DNA of 64,000 nucleotides from Oikopleura dioica (GCA_907165135.1 OU015566.1:9114001-9178000); one strand, 5' to 3'; counted from the stretch's first letter, positions 44,812 through 62,869 are shown. Translations and numbers: made by a program. The notes: generated from the sequence alone by a model not told the origin.

Positions 44812-47459
44812 TTAAAAACCGATCGACTTTCTAGCCTTCATCTTTTTCTTTTTCATTCGTTCTTCTTTCTTTTCTTTCTTGGCAGACGACTTCGGCGTTT
44901 TCTGCGAGCTGTCAATATTTGTCAGTGTCGTGTTTTGAGAACTTCCAGCGCTGTCAAGAGGTGTAATTTGCGAGTCCTCAAAGTCCACAGCTTGACTCTG
45001 TGTATCATTAATCTGTGAAAAGGGATTCTGCGTGCTGGGAGTTTGAGAGATCGGCTGGGATGCAAACAAGTCTTGGCTTTGTCCAACACCGGTGTCGTCT
45101 CTTCCTAGGCTTTCTTGTGAGCTTTGTCCGTCCTGCGATTTCTCTTCAATGATTCCACTCAAATCAGCGACTGGCAAAATCGACCTTCGATTTTTTCTTG
45201 GAGTTCTAAATGGCGTCTTAGGCTTTTTAGTCAGGCATTCTGGTTCATTCGAGGAACTCTTTTGCGTGGAACTATCAGCGGGAGCTCCAAGACTCAAAAT
45301 AGTTCCCTTTGAAGCGATAATCGAGTCAGATTGGGTGTTTGGTTCAGGAAGCGCAATTTGCGATTGTGGCTCAAATCCAGCCAGAACACTTTCATCTGGG
45401 AGGTCCAAACAGTCGCGGAAATCCATTGCCGCTACGCTTTCTGCGTCGCTGCTAACCACCTCTTCTTTCACCTCCATCTCTTCGTCATTCTGAGCCGATG
45501 GAATAACCGTCGTTTCAGGCTCACGCTCAACAAGAGTACCATCATTTGCTAAACTTTGCTCCATAGCTGTCATGTTTTGCAGGTAGCTCATGCGTTTCAT
45601 CCGGACTTCACTGATTTTCTTCACCGAAAGTTCTTCTTCTCGCATCGTGTTATAAACGATATTTGCGCATTGAAGCTCACTATAAAAATCGATGAAGCTC
45701 GCATTTCTAAACCTAAGTCATACTTCATAGATCCATCGATTTCATGGCTCTCGACAGTCAACGGAAAAGTCATATCCATCATTCTTGCGATATTATTCCT
45801 TGTCCCCTTCGCTCCAAGCTGATAATCCGTCTGGATAACTGTCTCTGGAAGCGAAAATGACCAATCTGTTGGAAGTTCAAACTCGTTCAAATCAACTTCT
45901 TCGCAGGTAAGTTTTTCTTCAGAATCGAAGAACATATTGGTAAGGTATTCCAACAGCTCGTCCTCATCAGGTTGCCGCTCTTCGTACTTTAGGAGGTACA
46001 TACCGCAAAAAACGTACATTGTTTCCCGGTAGACAACAAGATATGGACGCGCTTTTGTGTAGTCTAGGACCTTTTTATCGCTCCTCATCTTTACAACCTA
46101 ACAAAAGCAGATATTTCAAGACATATGGAACTATGGCATACCTTCTTGATGTACTCAAGAGGCGAAGGAAGAAAAACTGGCAGTGAGGTAGCATTCTTTT
46201 CAATACAAATTGCAAAAATCTCTTCTTGCTCATCCGGAACCATGTCAATCACATTTGCTCCGATTCCCGTCTTTCCTCCGGGCTTTAAACTCGTTCTCAT
46301 CTCTAGCTTTCTATTCTGTGTCCAAACAATCGTCACAATTTTCTTCCCGTGAAGAAAATGCAGGTCTAACTCAGCTGTAAATTTGGAGTACTTATGTTTG
46401 ATCGGAATTCCAATTCGCCAATTGATTTTGTTTCTTTCAACGAGTGAAACACTTTGCAAAACACCGCAGCCAGTTAAAAGTATACAGTCAGTTCCATCTT
46501 TGGCATAGGCGATGATGTCTTTGTATGCGTTGTCTCCTAAAGAGTTGTCCGTGTAAAACTCATCCTCGGATTGAGTAATCGTATTGAGCAAAATTATTCG
46601 GGTAGACTCAACGACGTAGAAAACGAAGTCGTTGAGGAATTCGATTCCAAGGAAGGTTTTGTGCTCTTCGTACTCCAGAAACGTATGGACAACTGGAAGT
46701 TCATCGATATCTAATTATCGATAAGTAAAATGTTATCAAGAAATTTTTCTTACAGGAAGTATCTTCATAAGACCAGCGTCGAACTTCGCCGTCTTCAGTC
46801 AAAAATAAGGTTTGCTGGTCTTGCGCCACTAAAGACACCAGCGCAGCAGTGAGGACAATTTCTCCATCATCCTCTTCCATCTCCCTGACAGTTTTAATTT
46901 CACCCATTTGAGTCAACTCTTCGCCAAACGCAACAACTTGACAGCCAGGAACGTCTTCATAAGACCAGCCAACAAGAGTATATCGTCCGTTTGTGTCGAT
47001 AAACTCAATCGATCCTTCGGATCCTTCAATCGCCCTTCGCAACTTTTTCTTCCCCATTCTCAGTACATTTTGATTACACGCAAACAGCAACTTATCTTCG
47101 TGGACAAAAGCTCTTCTTCTGGTTCGGAACCTCGGGTTTAGGTTGCTCAGGTCTTTTCCAATAAGGGATTTGTCCGCGCCGATGAATTCTTTGAACTCAG
47201 CGGCGCTACTCACTGGAGAAAGGTGCATTTTAGGAGGTGAAGGGACACGCTTTCCATAAATCGACCAGTTTAAAAAGCCTCTTTAGATGGATTTTTAAAG
47301 GGATTCTTTATGTCTACTGCAGCTTTTAAAATCATCAAATTCTCAGTCTGAATCCAAGCTTAATCCTTTCGAAACAAAGTTGTGATCATTAAACTCTGTT
47401 GCCAGACAGTTCAACCACTCTTCGGACTCCGTCCACGATTGTCCATCATCACTTATCAT
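44812..47459 (-). CDS. Long protein with beta-propeller-like N-half and SQ-rich tail ending KKMKARKSIGF; possible TAF1C/Rrn6
   Basis: ORFs 46701-47228, 46091-46591, 45621-46088 and 44812-45645 join via short introns and inferred 1-bp homopolymer slips. Confidence 0.5.
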
Positions 47460-47540
47460 TCTAAAAGGATGAAGACAAGGTAGTTTATATGTCCAATAGA
47501 GTGTTGATCAATGAGGCAGTTTTGAAGGTTAACTCTCTTT

Positions 47541-48285
47541 TTACTCGCGCTTGATTAGATTTGGGCAATGGGTGCTTTTGTGGCCGGGCTGTCTGCACGC
47601 GTGGCACATGATGTTCGATTTTACCTCCACAGTTGGCAGATCGAAAGTCGGACTAGAATTTGTAGATTGATAAAAGAAGGGTTGAAGGGCGGGCTTACTG
47701 AGCATATTTGCATTTTGGACCAAGCGGGCAAAAACCAACCAGCCAATTCTGGCACATTACTTTTCTGACGTGTCTTGATTTGCAAAGAGGCCCATGCTTG
47801 CAGAATCCTCTCGCGTACCACTGACATTCTTTCACTTTCGAATTCGGGTCGATATGAAGATACTGAATAGATAAGGTAAAGATTGGAGAAGGTCACGTTT
47901 TTGAATCACCTGGCAATCACGATTTTCGCAACGGCCAAATTTCGAGAAAAAGTAGCACTCGGGCATCTTTGCCATGTCATACTCATGAAGAAACTCGCAG
48001 TCGTCGCCCTTTTTGCACAATCCTCGGAGCCAGTGCTTGCATACCACATGCTTGTCAAGAGTTACGTGGCGAAATGGACAGTTCGCGCCTCTGGTACACA
48101 TGTTTTTCTCGAACAGATCGCAAATCATCGTTCCGGACTCTTATTTTTCTTGTTATATTTTCAAATAACTTCTTATTTCTTACTGTCCATGCCCATAAAA
48201 GGAAGTGGATTAATGCCAACTTGATTTTTGACCAAAAGTCCATGAACAATTCGTTGTTATCCAGCGATCCAAGAACATGCTGCAT
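47541..48285 (-). CDS. CPSF4: CPSF30, five CCCH fingers plus zinc knuckle
   Basis: VCKHWLRGLCKKGDDCEFLHEYDMAKMPECYFFSKFG; C-terminal CHACRQPGHKSTHC; 1-bp slip in exon 1. Confidence 0.96.
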
Positions 48286-49418
48286 CTTTCTTCAATTTCA
48301 AAGATCGATAAGAAGCTGTTTTTAAATAACTTTTAAGTGAAAAGGTAAAAATGAAATATATGTTCTTATAAAGTCAGTTGTCAGTTGAGAAAGTCGAGAA
48401 TTGAAAATAAAGGAAAGGATCAAGATCTACAGTAGTCTGATCAATACTTTGAAAAAGGGAGTAATTGAGCTCCTAACTCTTGAACTCTTGGAAAATCAGA
48501 TACAGATAGGTAAGATACGAAGGGACAGGGGAAATACTTTGAATACTTTGGAGAGTAAGAATTGACGACTTGACGACTTGAAAAAAGAACGTGAAAATAA
48601 AAGTACGGAAAAATTAACAAAAAAGCTCGTGAATGAATACTGAGCTCTTCATACAAGAAATAAATGACTACAGAAGAAAAAAAATGTTCGCTCGACTAAT
48701 AAGTTTATTAACAAAACAAAAAGGGGGTTATAGTTTCGTCGATGAACAAAATTGAAAGTGTGAATGGGGGAAAGAGACTCTTTTTAGTTATGTAAAAGCA
48801 CCAAAATACGGAAGCTCAAGGTCACCAATCGAAATTTCGAAAATAGATCTGGGGCCATCGAAAGAGAAATCAACCAACGAGATAATAGAGTAATTAGTAA
48901 TATATAAATATATAGACAGTCAAGATTTTTGATCGTTGTATGAATTATTCTTTTTATTTAAAATGTTGAACTGGGCGGATAAACGGGTAGAAACTTGATG
49001 ATGAAAAAAAAGTTGAAATCTTTCTTTGGCTCTATTTTTATCTGATACAGGTAAAAGATTGGAAAGGCAATTTTCAAATTCAAACTAGTAGTAATTAAGG
49101 TGTTGTCCTTGTTGTCTCCAAAATTTCACCTAGCTTCGTGAAAATAGTAGAATATGCTGTGAATGAACTCGTCTTTAATTTTTTCGAAATAATGGGCTTG
49201 GGAAACCGGATATGGACTGTACAAAGCAAGAAGATATGGTAATATTAGAGGGCTGGATGAGTATTATTGATAGACACCGAGAAATTATTTAGTTGTAGGT
49301 GAGACAGAATTTTTGAATTTTGAATTTAAAAATTGTGAGTTCAGATTCATTTTTTATTAAGTTTATTATTGTTTTGGCAAGAATCAAGTTATAGGACGAT
49401 ATCGGGGGATGACTTTTT

Positions 49419-51550
<2,132 letters not shown>

Positions 51551-51805
51551 TTTTGGAAAGGGTTGAGACTGGGCTATTGGAGGAAATTGTGAAAAATGAC
51601 GAAATCTTGCGACACGATCCGGCTATTGCAAATCTACAAACGCATGACTTTAGTCATTTTAGGAACTCTTTTTCCGGTGTTTTGGTAATCATAGCAGTAA
51701 AAACTTTATGATTCTAGGGTTACATAACTGTATCTAGAGAGTACTCAACAAACAAGGAAAAGCTGTGAGGCCGTTTCACATTTATTACAATTCAAAATGT
51801 CGCAG

Positions 51806-52900
51806 TTACAATTCTTCCATTTCCACATCTTCGTCAAACTCTTTCTCGTCCTCCGAATCGATTTCTTTCTCCGGCATTGGCCGCTGCATAACCTTCTTAT
51901 GATTGAGCGCGATTTCGTCCAGATTCTGCCGCGCGCTGGGCAGGTGTACAGTTCCTCGCACTTCTCCGGTGAGCCCGTCTTTCGTGATGTTCTTCTTGTT
52001 CTTTTCCTTGATTCCAGAAGGCTGTTTGCAGGCTTTCTTGAAGTTGGTTGGTGTGGAAAGCTGCGTGCGGCGAATGGTGAGATCCATGTTTAGTCCGATG
52101 CTTTCTAGTTCCACTCGGGGCTCTTCCTGTCCTGATTTCTTCATGATCACTTTGTACGATCGCATACTGATAACACCTAAACAAAATTTAATTGCTTCGC
52201 AGCCTGCGAAAATAGTACCTTCTTGAAGAGTGAACTGCATCATAAGCTCGAGGCCTGTTCTTCTGATTTTGTCGACCGTGGATCCGCGGAAAAAGTCCAC
52301 TAGAAGATTTCGAATCCTCTTGAAGTCTATTTTCGATCCATCTTTCAATTCAAGCTCATTTTCCCACGCATCTCCGGCGAATGACATCAGCGGTTTTGTT
52401 CCCATCGCGATTTCTGCCGATGGACTGAACAATGAGAAAAAGAATGAAAAGGGAAAGTTACTGTAGTGGAACGTAGTTTCCGATGCCGAGCTCGATCATG
52501 TCAAGAATCTGGTAATCGAATGTTCTGGCAATGACGAAGTTGTGCGGCCGCTTCTTGTTGTGACTACCGAAGCCGATGAGGGAAGAGTCTGTCTTTTTGG
52601 AAAAGAATTCCAGCGAGCTGGCGTCTTCGAAAGGCCGCACGATGTTCTTTTTCTTGAAGACGATGCTGTTTGGCGACTAAAAAGGAAGATTTAGATGATT
52701 TTTCAGATTTGTAAAAACTAAACCTTTAGTCGATGGAGATCCTTGAAAACGCTGGTAATGACATCTGACACATTTCCACCCTTGATAAATATCGTCGATT
52801 TTGCATTTTCAAAGACTTTCGGCGCCTCATTCTCCAATTTTCTCTTCTGTCGCGCATTTTTCGCCCGAACGACTCCTGCTTCTACCGCTGTTTTCACCAT
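51806..52900 (-). CDS. RPF2: Ribosome production factor 2 (Brix domain)
   Basis: RPFEDASSLEFFSKKTDSSLIGFGSHNKKRPHN, RTFDYQILDMIELG, PRVELESIG; GT-AG introns. Confidence 0.94.
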
Positions 52901-54246
52901 TCTAGCGTTTTATTTGAAAATTTTCATTTTAGGTTTTTGAGTTAATTGAATTGAATTGAAAAGTAAAAACATGTTGCAGTATTTTTTGAGAATTTGAGAA
53001 ACGGAGCCGAAAATTGTTTGTACGATGATTCTTTGGTTGAAATGGAATTTGAAAATGACATTTTTAAATAAAAAGAGTAGTGATTTCTTTTATCGTGGCA
53101 GAATGAATTCGCTGATAAGTCTCAAAAAGAGAGGAAAGAAAAGTTAACAGGTAACTCAGAAATATAAATATCGCGAAAAATAATAAATAAACTTAAAATT
53201 TGGTACAAAAAGTATGTAATAATTCTGTATTTTGCGTAGGTTTGTACGTCAATTAGCGGCTAAAAGACGATCCTTCTTTCTCGAAACTTGAAAAGTAGAA
53301 TGCTTACTTTGTAATAATTTATTTGTATTTTTGAATTGGTGCTTGTAAAAATGCAGTAAATACTGTAATCGAATGAAAACAACGCCAGTTGGTTATTTCG
53401 TCTTTCGTAGTAGTAAAAAATAGAACATGGTTATAATAAAGTGTGAGAATGAGTCTTTTGAAAACGGAACGTCAAAATGAACAGCAAGTTGTCGAAATAA
53501 AAATGGGTCTCGAAATAGTCAAAAAAGGATAGATTCTGGTTGTGTCAAACAAAATGGTATTTCCCCAGCTTTCATTAACAGGTAGAATTTAACCCCAAGA
53601 TACCGCGATTCTCTTGCCACAGTGACTCCTTGATCTTAAAATAACTGCTAAAAATTGAGAAGCCGCTTGCTGCTTCGAGTAAGCGAAAACACAAGACGTG
53701 CACGGCACAGCTTTTCCGTTTTATTTTACTCGGAGCCGCAAGCGATTTCCAATTTCTAACCGTTTTTCTAAGATCAAGGAGTCAGTAAGAAATCAGAATC
53801 GCGGTAGAAAGCTTGGAGGGTATTATAAATCGTATTTAATAAAAATAAACGAAACGGTATTAATGGGCGGCCGATATTGTTTTGTGCACATAAGATATTC
53901 AAAAAATGTGTGGAGAGACGACAGTGGGACGGCAAAAATAACCAGCCGCGATTAAACCAGGTGGCGGTGGGATAGTTAGAGGTTGAACTTTCGAAAAATA
54001 AGAAAATTGAAAATAACAAAAATGAACATTTCACATGTGTGTGTCCGAAAACGAAAAATTTTTATTAAAAATTGTGGGGTCAAGTCAAAAGTCGACTTAG
54101 AAGAGCTTGAAGTGATTGCAATTCAAAATGGCTCCTAAGCCGCCTCAAGATGGTCTGAGGCAAATGTTAAGAAGATAAAAAAAGGGATGAAATAAAATAG
54201 TTGATGATAGTAGCGATGTTGGTAGATTGTGGCGATATTAAATTTG

Positions 54247-57206
54247 TTACACGAAGATTTTGACCAAGCCATCAGCGCCAGCAGAAGCAACGTAGCCTGA
54301 AAAATTTATTCAAAAAAAGGTTGATTGATTTTCATACCTTTATTTATATGGAATGTAGCAAAATGAACCGCTTCGTCGTTCTTTGGCCTGTGAGCTGTCA
54401 TTTCTTGCACACAAACCTTCGTATCAATATTCCAGAGCCTTGGATTCAATTATTTATGCAATTAATGAAGAGAGAAAAAACCTGATGGAGGAGTCATGAC
54501 CACCAGTGAGGAGATAAGATCCAGTCTTATCGATTGCTACAGTGGAAACAGCATCAGCGTGCGCGCTGCATGTGTGTACCAAAATACCGCTGAATGGTTC
54601 GGTCATAAATTGGGTCATGAAATCGGAGGGAAATTCTACGGGGTTTTTACAGACCTAATTTGATTTCTTAGAAAAATGTCAATATTTGATCGAAAGGTGC
54701 TAAAGCGGCTTTTTCCTCTTTATAAGAATGAATTGCGAAATGAATTACAAGGTTACACCAAGTCGTCTGATAAAATGATGACTAAATTATGAAAATCCGA
54801 CAAGATAAGCCGATTTCTGCGATATCAGAGAATTTATGTGATTTTTTAAATGGTACAATTATAATATCCACTTGTATAGCAAATTATGGCCCAACAGCCT
54901 CTACTGCAATCTTACTGGAACAATATAAAATACCTTGACAAGTCCCACATTCGTATATGTTTATCTTCGTGCGCCGTCACAGCAATAGGTACAAGAGGAT
55001 GAGTGCAGACAGCATTTGCATCAACGCATTCGTCAAGCAAGAGCACAATTTTTCCTTAGAATTCATTCTCTATTTTAGTCGCGAAATAACACTACCGGTA
55101 GAGACGTCAATGGTCGTAATTTTGTCTCCCCTCCAAATCGCGACGAGCTTGTTGTTCTCGCTCGACCATCTGGCATCAATTGGAGTGCCCAAGTCGGGCA
55201 TTTCAAGCGATTCGGCGGTAATCGTCATCGCCGGCGTTCCAGTTGCAAGATCCCAAATAATAATCTTGCCATCGGCACCAGTGGAGACGAGTTTTGGCTC
55301 TGGAGCGCGGAGGAAATCGAGATTCCAGACAGCATCTGTGTGACCTTCGAACTTTCTGCCGAGGATTTCGGGATCGAATGGGTCGTACAAATCAGCATCA
55401 AGCTAGTAAAAAGAAAAAGTTTTTAAAGAGCCGTGAATCAAATTATTTACCTTTGGCATAGGCCAGCCGAAAATCAGCCCATCGAGGCCAGATGAGTATA
55501 TTTCATTTTCGCCAAAGACGACTGATAAGACCGGCCCTTCATGTCCCCTTAAATGATAATAAAAGTGAGTTCATAATTTGTTTTCGCACCTATAATTCAT
55601 GATAGGATCAATATCTGCAGTTTGTGTCTTCTTTCCAGCTACAGTTTTATTTAAATTCCACACCTAAAGATAATCATCATAATCTGTTTATCGTCACTTG
55701 GATTTTTACCTTGACGACTTTATCCTCCGAAGCCGAGACAAGAAGTGGCTCGACAGGGTGAAACTGGACGCAACGAACTCCATCCAAATGACTTCGCAGC
55801 GTGTATTTATGAGTCCAAGAGCGTCGGAATTGACTGTTTGATTTTTCAGAAGTTAGATCAAAAGCACACTCCTTTTCTTACCTGTTATCAGAGAGTCCTA
55901 ACGGATCGGCCTCGTTATTTATTGTTAGTCCAGCCAAAACGCCGAGTTCGAGCTCCTCTTCATTTTCCTCTTCTCCGATTTCTTAAAAATAAATTTTACT
56001 TTTTCAACGAATTTTTTCGGACTTCCTCAAGAAGAATATGACGAGGGCGCGAGTTTTTTGTTTTTTTTTTAAGAAATTAAAATGTTATTTTTTATTTCAA
56101 ATTCAACTCAAGAAGATCAAAAAAGAAATACTAGGAATCAATTTCATCCACAGTGAGATCTAGTGAAAACAAGGTTTTAGAGAAAGATTTGGATAAAAAA
56201 CGTACCTTTGTTTTCTGAGTCGTTGTCGTTATTATTTAATTGTCCTTGCAGCTGGTTGAAAATACCGCTGCTTTCTTGGGATCCACGAGGAGGTGAGTTG
56301 TTTCGAGGAGGACGTGGTTTTCGTTTTCGTTCCTGAACCAGGCTAAAATTTGGGGAAAAGAGCTTTTTACTTACGAGGATAAGCTCTTCTTTTTTCTTAT
56401 CTATAACCTGCGTGTTTGGATTCCAGTCACTCGCGTTCTCGCTTTGTAAGAAGTTGAAATCAGCCATAGCATCTTGAATGTCATCGTCTTTAATTGGCAA
56501 ATCATCGAGCACCGCTACATCGCCAGAATCGCTGAGAGCCCCATAGGCTGCCGGCATTTTGCCGTGCTCATTTTCGTTATCATCATCATCGTCTATTTTT
56601 TTAATGAAAACTAGATAATCCTACGAGAAAAAAAAACCGTCATTGGGCGCAGAATTGCCAAGAAGCGCTCGGAGCCGAGCACTTCTAGCGTCAAGAATCG
56701 TATCTGTGAAGCCAACTTCTTGGAGATATTGACGAAGGAGCTGTCTCCCACCAGACCAGAGATCGCCCAGGCCTTCTTGATTGCCTGCCATTTCGGGCTG
56801 AACACATTTTTCATTACTGAAGCAATATGGTAACTTACAGGAATTTCATCTGTTGGCGAGTCGTTGCCATCGAGCTCTGGCGGATTTGGAATGTTTCCTC
56901 CATCTTCTCCCTTCAGTTGCGTCACTTTGATTCGCTCCTTTTTCAGCGCGAATTCAAGCATTTTGATTCTCCTACAACATTTATCAACAAGCGAAGCTAA
57001 TGAAATCGAGACCTGATGAGATCGCGTTTAAGATTTTCTTGTCCGCGTCGTTCTCCCTGCAGAAATGCAATGGTCGCCTGCAACTCGGCCTTCTCCGACT
57101 CCCACTGGGCGCGCTCAAGTTCGAACTGGCTCCACTCATGCTGCAGAAAATGCAAAATCCCGGGTAATGTGTAGCGACAATTATCGAAATCCGGATGATT
57201 GTCCAT
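54247..57206 (-). CDS. STRN: Striatin family WD40 protein
   Basis: YTLPGILHFLQHEWSQFE...LKRDLIR|RIKMLEFALKKER, GRQLLRQYLQEVG, WD40 repeats, C-terminus ASAGADGLVKIFV*. Confidence 0.96.
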
Positions 57207-57265
57207 GTCTGAAAAGAGAAACTGTCATTTGTTTGAACTTGAAGATCTGATTTATTGCGTGATTT

Positions 57266-60200
57266 TTAGCAGGAATGAAGCTGGAAAAGGTTGGGGAAGA
57301 ACTTCACGCCGCGGGAGGAATCGTCGCGGCATAAATCCCCTTTTAACTCGGCCATTTGCAAGTGTTCTTTTGCAACGATAGGACTAAATTTTTCATTAAG
57401 GGTGTCAACATCGATTTTGGCATTTTTTCTGCATCAGTTTAGGTACCTTCCCGTAAACAAAATGATCTGATCTTTCACTATGTTTTAGATTAAACCTCAT
57501 TATTTAGCATAAATTTGGCAGAATAGTAAATTTATAATCCGTTAATCCCCACCGCGTATTCAAAGAAGTCTAAAAAGGCGAATTTCACCAATCTTCTTGC
57601 AACAGCTGTGGCAACACTACAAATTCAAATTTCTTCATTTTTTGTCAGAGGCAAGCCTGAACACTTTTATTTAGCATAAATTTGGAAAATTTGAAAAAAT
57701 TTTACTGCATGCATCTTTTTGCATGCATTATATAATATAACGATTTTTTACAAGTTTGAGCGCTTTTCTAGTGCTGTTCCAAATATTGTATTCTTCTCAT
57801 TTTCTCAGAGATTATGGTTTGATCCTTTGATAATCTCCCGGGGTGCTCAGATCGCGCTCTGATTAATCCCTTAATCCCCTCTTCCGGCGCTAAAGTGCAG
57901 GTGTTTGCGACTTTTGGCGCACTGTTTGAACATGTAAAATTTGCCTGATCCCAACGATATGAGTATCAGTAGAAAGAGAATTTTTCAAGCTTTCAGGAAA
58001 TATATAGGTTGGCATATAAAATCAAAAATTAAAAAATAGCAATTCTAACAGTGCATTTCTACCGAGAACTAGTGCATTAGAGCGCTCATAGAATAACGTG
58101 TATCTCGTGACCTAGAGCAGATATTTCGGATCTGAAAGAAGCTCTGGAATCAGCGTTAGCTAGATAACTTGATATTAATTGTTCGATTCATAAGAGATAC
58201 CCTTACTCAATCGATGTTGACACCCTTAATAAACATTCAAAGAAATTCTGTTACAACCTAAAACCAGCTTTCGCCGAATAATTCTCGGCTGTCAGCCCTT
58301 CTGGAAATTCAGTAATAAGCGCTAGAATTCGCTCAACGACGGCGGCATCAGAGAGGGAGCTGTCTTGAAGGACGGCGATTCCAGAGTCGTATTTCTTGAA
58401 GAGGAGCCCAGCCGCAGGGTAAGTTTTGGAAATCGACTTTGCCGCCGAATAAACTTCTTCCGGTGACACTAGCTCACTCCCTCGGGCGCGGTTCAATGCA
58501 CAATACGCTTCTTCCATGACCTAAATACTTTCAAATACATCTAATATTTTTTGGTTAGTCTTTTAATTATTCATCTAATAATTTATCTAATAAAAATTGT
58601 TAATCGATCTCTAAAATGACCGTATCCTTAGAGAAAATAATGGTCGAAAGAAACATTCCCAATATAAATAAATAACGACTTCGAAGGGCAATTTCTCGTT
58701 TTTTCTTACCATCATTCCGCCGCTCTTCTCAATCAGCGGTCGGCAAACGACGGCAAGCTCCTTTTCTAAACTAATCCGGATTAATTCTTCTCTGTCCCTT
58801 TTTTCTCCCTCAACCGAGAATCTATCCTTCTTTCTTTTTGTTTTCTCTTACCCTAATTCTCCAGTGGCATTGTCGTTTTCAAGTCCTAAACTCATCATCA
58901 TCGATCTGAGCTTCGCGACCTCGTCCTGTCCATCCACTTTGGTCGCGGCGGTCTGCGCCAGTTTCGCCAGGTCATCCGCATGTTTCATTAATTTCTTGAG
59001 GTCTTGCAAGCCCTCTGATGTCATTGCGTTTTCTTTCTCGTGCTTTGCTTCTTGGCTCTTGACCACGGCGCCGATCCCGCGGGATTTGCCACTTGCCGCC
59101 AGAATTCCAGGAATAGTTTGCGATTGCCTCGCCTGTTTTTCCCAAACACGCTCTTCTAGCGCTCTTTGAATGGGATTCAGAAAATCAATAATGGTTTTAA
59201 TGGAAATTTTTCATCTATTAAATTAAAAAACTTCACTTGAGGCAAATTTTCATGAAATTTTTTTTCGTGCTCAGAAGAAAGAACAGAAAATTCTGAGTCG
59301 AATGGACTAGATTTGACCCGAAAATTTTGACTTTATAACCACGAATATTGCGTAACAAAGTCCAGATTAGGGCATTTTTGGTAAACTTTTGGGGAACTTT
59401 TAAGGGGGTTTCCGTTGGACTTATTCGACGTTCTATAGCTCAAAAGAATCGCCGTCGAAAATTGAGGGGAGGTTTTAAAGGGTTTTGAAAAAACTCAAGA
59501 AATAAATTTTGATCATTTTTCGACCGGTCGGTTTGAAGGTGTTTCTCTCGGAGTTTTTCAAAATCCGCGAAAACCCCCCCTCAATTTTTGATGACGATTC
59601 ATATGAGCCCAAGGACGCCGAGAAAATGAATCAAAAACCCCTTCAAAATCGGCCCCAAAGTTTTTTGAGGAAAATGACTCATAATGACGTCATTTCTTAA
59701 AATTATAGAGCCGGAAGTAGACCAATCGACTCAGAATTTTCTACTCTTTCATATGGGGCCATAAAATTTTTTTGAAAAATTTTGCCTCAAATGAAGTTTT
59801 TAAATTTCATCTTAAAGAAAAGTCGAGTTTCTCTTTTCACTAGCGATGAATCTGAAACTGTCCTTTGAATAATTTGAACGGCAAAATCTTCCTGCCTTTT
59901 TTTGGCGACAGCGAATCTGACCTCATTCGAGCGACTTGTTGACTGCGGCCCGGGAGGCTTGAGGGATTGCTCCCATTGTTGTGCAAAGAGCTCCACTTTT
60001 GGCGAATGGTTCCAGGAGCCCGGAACGCTGTTCGCCGAAATTATCAATCTCAGCGGCTAAAGAAATAAATCAATTGTTTTTCGCTAGGATTCTCTTACAA
60101 TGAACAAAGTTACATTTTGACCGTGGTAAGTAATTTTATGAGTTGAGACCGAAATCGTGCCATCTTTGTAATTTGTCTTTACGTCGCCATCATACAGCCG

Positions 60201-60340
60201 GCAGCCCGTACATTGACCGAGGACTCTTTCTAGCATGGGTTAAAATGAAATCGAAACCTTCTTCCCTATTCTAAGTGAAATTTATAACCTCCTCAACCTG
60301 CCGGATCCGGTGCGCCCTCGAAGTAACACCACCGATTCAT
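57266..60340 (-). CDS. VPS36: ESCRT-II subunit VPS36/EAP45
   Basis: GLUE-like exons (GCRLYDGD, GTISVSTHKI), YCALNRARGSELVSPEE, last exon LCRDDSSRGVKFFPNLF*; start codon approximate. Confidence 0.88.
57400..58225. mobile_element. TTAA-flanked element (826 bp) of the 20436 family, in the last VPS36 intron
   Basis: TIR GGGTGTCAACATCGAT; TTAA at 57396-57399 and 58226-58229; shared internal blocks with 20436-21273. Confidence 0.88.
59227..59799. mobile_element. Inverted-repeat element in a VPS36 intron, possibly TTAA-flanked
   Basis: ~85-bp imperfect TIRs; TTAA at 59223-59226 and 59800-59803. Confidence 0.6.
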
Positions 60341-60893
60341 ACTTCTTCAAAAGACAACAATAAATATCAAGTGTTTTTCGGTCAGCGATGCACATTTATT
60401 TGCAACATTGTTTGAACATTCATTGGAACAGTCTCTACATAAGCAAAATCCATTCGTAATAACTCTTTCTGTCGCGGAGACACTGTCTTGTGGACGGTCT
60501 TTTTGCGAGATTATCTTTTACTTTCGACTTTAAAATAAGGAACTAGACCAGAGGGAGGCTTTTGACCATTTTACGAGAGAAAGTTATATGAGAAAGGGGG
60601 GACGGAGGGGAACAAAGAGGGGGGACTTTATATGAAATAAAGCGATAAGGAATTATGGGCGAAATAAGAAAAAGGTAATGGTGATATTAAGACTTTGCTT
60701 TGTTTTTTTTAAATTAACGAACATGAAGTTTTAAGGGATTTACGCGGAAAAATAGAGAGAAAAGAGGGGAGATGAAAAAATGGAAAAAATAAGAACAGAG
60801 TAGTTGGACAACCAGTTAGTTTTTCTTCTCATCGGATGAGAGGCGGGACGGAGTTTTCTTCTTTCGGGTTTCTTTTTAGCTTTTTACCATTAT

Positions 60894-62869
<1,976 letters not shown>

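Noticed and set aside
46088-46137. Two genes separated by 2 bp (TAA-AG-ATG)
   Set aside because: A 44-bp GT-AG intron reads through in frame (EYIKK|VVKMRSD), so one gene is more parsimonious.
48234-48237. CPSF4 pseudogene
   Set aside because: All zinc fingers and splice sites are intact; adding one T restores ...LVKNQVGINPLPFMGMDK.
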